In this document: in pieces, positions 9,167-11,380 of the stretch
How positions within the stretch are numbered: the stretch's first letter is position 1
Layout of the letters: each line of letters starts with the position of its first letter
Source: Octopus sinensis
Lineage: Eukaryota
Assembly (NCBI RefSeq): GCF_006345805.1
Contig: NW_021827701.1
Location: 1-11,380 of the forward strand
Direction: 5' to 3'
DNA: 11,380 bases
The notes under the pieces: model-generated
Databases searched by the model: none
Seen by the model: only the letters and a program-made list of their open reading frames with translations
Told to the model about the DNA's origin: nothing
Made by a program: the position numbers and the translations under genes

Positions 9167-9686
9167 CTTTTGAATAAAAACAGTCAAAAAAGAAAGAAAG
9201 CAAAACAGTTTTAAAAAAACTTATAAAATGAGTTAAACAACAATAAACAGAAGTTGATGGTTCTAAAATATTGCAAAAGATAACATTGATATTGTAAACT
9301 TCAGTTTATCTAAAGTATTATTCATAGCTGAATGTTCTTCCTGACACTAATAAACCTAACAACAGTCATTGTGTTGTGTCTCTAGGTTAGCTACATTCCT
9401 CTGCTTACATCTTGAGCTATAAATCTGTGGATCATACCCCAGCTAGGGTGGGGGCTCTTTATATGAAAAATAAATTGATTCTCTAAAGAAAGGTAGATTT
9501 ATGAAAACTAGTAAAAGAATCAATGACACAGAGTTTGTACAATAAAACCTCCTGTATTGATCTTTGATTTGATCTCATCTACTTTGCGAATATTTCGACA
9601 GACACTATCAACAAGTGCTTACTTTATAAATTTTTGCAAATATCTTTATGACTATTTCATAATTATTTTAATAAATTTCCATTATG

Positions 9687-9720
9687 TGTATGTATGTATA
9701 TATATATATATATATATATA
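9687..9720. repeat. (TGTA)n/(TA)12 microsatellite
   Basis: Direct reading; lies immediately 5' of the SINE. Confidence 0.95.
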
Positions 9721-9724
9721 CGCA

Positions 9725-10221
<497 letters not shown>

Positions 10222-10227
10222 CTAATA

Positions 10228-10376
10228 TCATCATCATCACCACATACCGTCCACATTCCATGCATTCAAGAGTAAGATGGACGATAGTAGCCGTCCAGGT
10301 AGAAAAAAACTACCCTGGGCTACTGTCTGTTTTATCAGGTATGTTACTGTTGGATGCCCTTCCAAACGCCAACCAC
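10228..10376 (-). mobile_element. 3' fragment of a second SINE family ending in a (GAT)n tail
   Basis: The minus strand reads TGGTTGGCGTTTGGAAGGGCATCCA (10375-10351) and ends ...TGGAATGTGGACGGTATGTGGTGATGATGATGA. The family call rests on recalled octopus SINE motifs; there is no second copy in the window. Confidence 0.6.
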
Positions 10377-10383
10377 CAGTTTT

Positions 10384-10490
10384 GTCCCACTGTATGACAC
10401 CTTGGGCAAGTAACTTCTTCTAAATCCCATGGTTGATCAAGGCTTCTGAGTGGATCAAATAGAGATAATCTGAGAGAAGCCCATCGTACA
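10384..10490 (+). mobile_element. Diverged internal fragment of the 9725-10097 SINE family (from the end of the B box onward)
   Basis: gtcccactgtatgacaccttgggcaagtaacttcttcta aligns with 9784-9822 (gtcccactgcgcggcatcttgggcaagtgtcttctacta); gaagcccatcgta aligns with gaagcctgtcgta (9841-9853). Confidence 0.8.
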
Positions 10491-10546
10491 CCACGGACAA
10501 AATCTGAGGACCAGTGAAAAAACTGCCAAAAAGAAGTGTATGTGTG

Positions 10547-10564
10547 TTTGTGTGTGTGTACGTA

Positions 10565-10608
<44 letters not shown>

Positions 10609-10609
10609 C
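10547..10609. repeat. Compound (TG)n/(TA)16/(CA)n microsatellite
   Basis: Direct reading. Confidence 0.95.
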
Positions 10610-10891
10610 CTGCTTCTTGAGTGTGTATTTTTCCATTTTTTTTTACTGAACATTGCTCAGCTATGAACGATTATCATTTTCCCTGTTAATAGACAAACCA
10701 TTGGAATAAGTGATCCCTTGAACAACAGGTAAGGGTTAATAACATGAAGGGGATCCAGATACAAAAAGAATGGATCAATAATATACTCATACAACCCATG
10801 GTAGTATGGAGAAAAGGTGTAAAATGATTGCTTTATATGCATATACGTACATATATAAGTCTATGTATGTGTATACTCGTGTGCATGTGTC

Positions 10892-11108
10892 AGTAGCTGT
10901 ATGGCATAGTGATTCGGGTGTTACCCTCACAATAGCTAGATCGTGGGTTTGATTCTTGCAATCCCCTTTCTTTCCCAAGACTTCCGAATGTTCGCCTGCT
11001 TTCCTAACCAGTGGAGTGGCATCATTGAAAACGTCAAACAATGCAAAGCACATTGTGACCAGTGATGTGTAACATCTGGCAGTATACTCGATCATGTGAC
11101 TACATGAT
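10892..11108 (+). mobile_element. Degenerate tRNA-headed SINE (third family), probably internally deleted
   Basis: A-box-like TGGCATAGTGA at 10902-10912 and B-box-like GGTTTGATTCT at 10946-10956, at tRNA-like spacing. The 3' part (cacattgtgaccagtgatgtgtaaca...gatcatgtga) matches a recalled octopus SINE end and is followed by (TA)n. Confidence 0.6.
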
Positions 11109-11210
11109 TATATATATATGTATATATATATATATATATGTGTGTGTGCGTGTGTGTGTGTGTCTTTTGTTTTCTGTAAATTTGTCTGTGTGTGTGTGTG
11201 TGTGTGCGTG
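11109..11210. repeat. (TA)n/(TG)n microsatellites
   Basis: Direct reading: 11109-11162 and about 11187-11210. Confidence 0.95.
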
Positions 11211-11380
11211 TGGGTTGGTGTACTTAAGGTTGGAATTTGAAACTATTTCTTGTGAAGGGTATCGACTTGTAACCTTTAATTAAGATCTTAATACATAAGC
11301 ATTACGAAAGATGTTTTATGAATACATTTGTGTACACTACACACGGAGACAAAGGCCAGATGACTGCTAGTATATATTAT

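Noticed and set aside
9046-9188. 11-bp direct repeat aaacagtcaaa flanking the exon (9046-9056, 9178-9188), like a target-site duplication
   Set aside because: A-rich 11-mer in AT-rich DNA; chance occurrence is plausible, and there is no poly-A tail or element between the copies.
10565-10604. Perfect 40-bp palindrome TGCA(TA)16TGCA
   Set aside because: A trivial consequence of a (TA)n run with 4-nt self-complementary flanks; no sign of a MITE or terminal inverted repeats.

Overview
Eukaryotic, repeat-dense, non-coding DNA, most likely intronic sequence from an octopod cephalopod. The organism call rests on my recollection of Octopus SINE families plus the AT- and microsatellite-rich background; it is not database-verified. 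Positions 1-7968 are one strand-asymmetric pyrimidine tract. Its core (about 1210-7790) is a 122-bp minisatellite made of two related ~60-bp halves, with 243-bp, 403-bp and 1577-bp-offset higher-order duplications and degenerate ends. All giant F/L/S-rich and R/K/E-rich ORFs are compositional artefacts. The most interesting observation is that the tract begins exactly at the 3' terminus of an old minus-strand SINE (7969-8188). That SINE is alignable to a younger copy at 9725-10097, which suggests the 8-kb array is a hugely expanded SINE tail. The right 3.4 kb also holds a decayed non-LTR retrotransposon fragment (CCHC knuckle plus restriction-like endonuclease, HERO-like), a probable 80-nt minus-strand exon with an ankyrin-repeat-like peptide, three further SINE pieces and TA/TG microsatellites. 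I see no prokaryotic genes, CRISPR array or intact multi-gene system.
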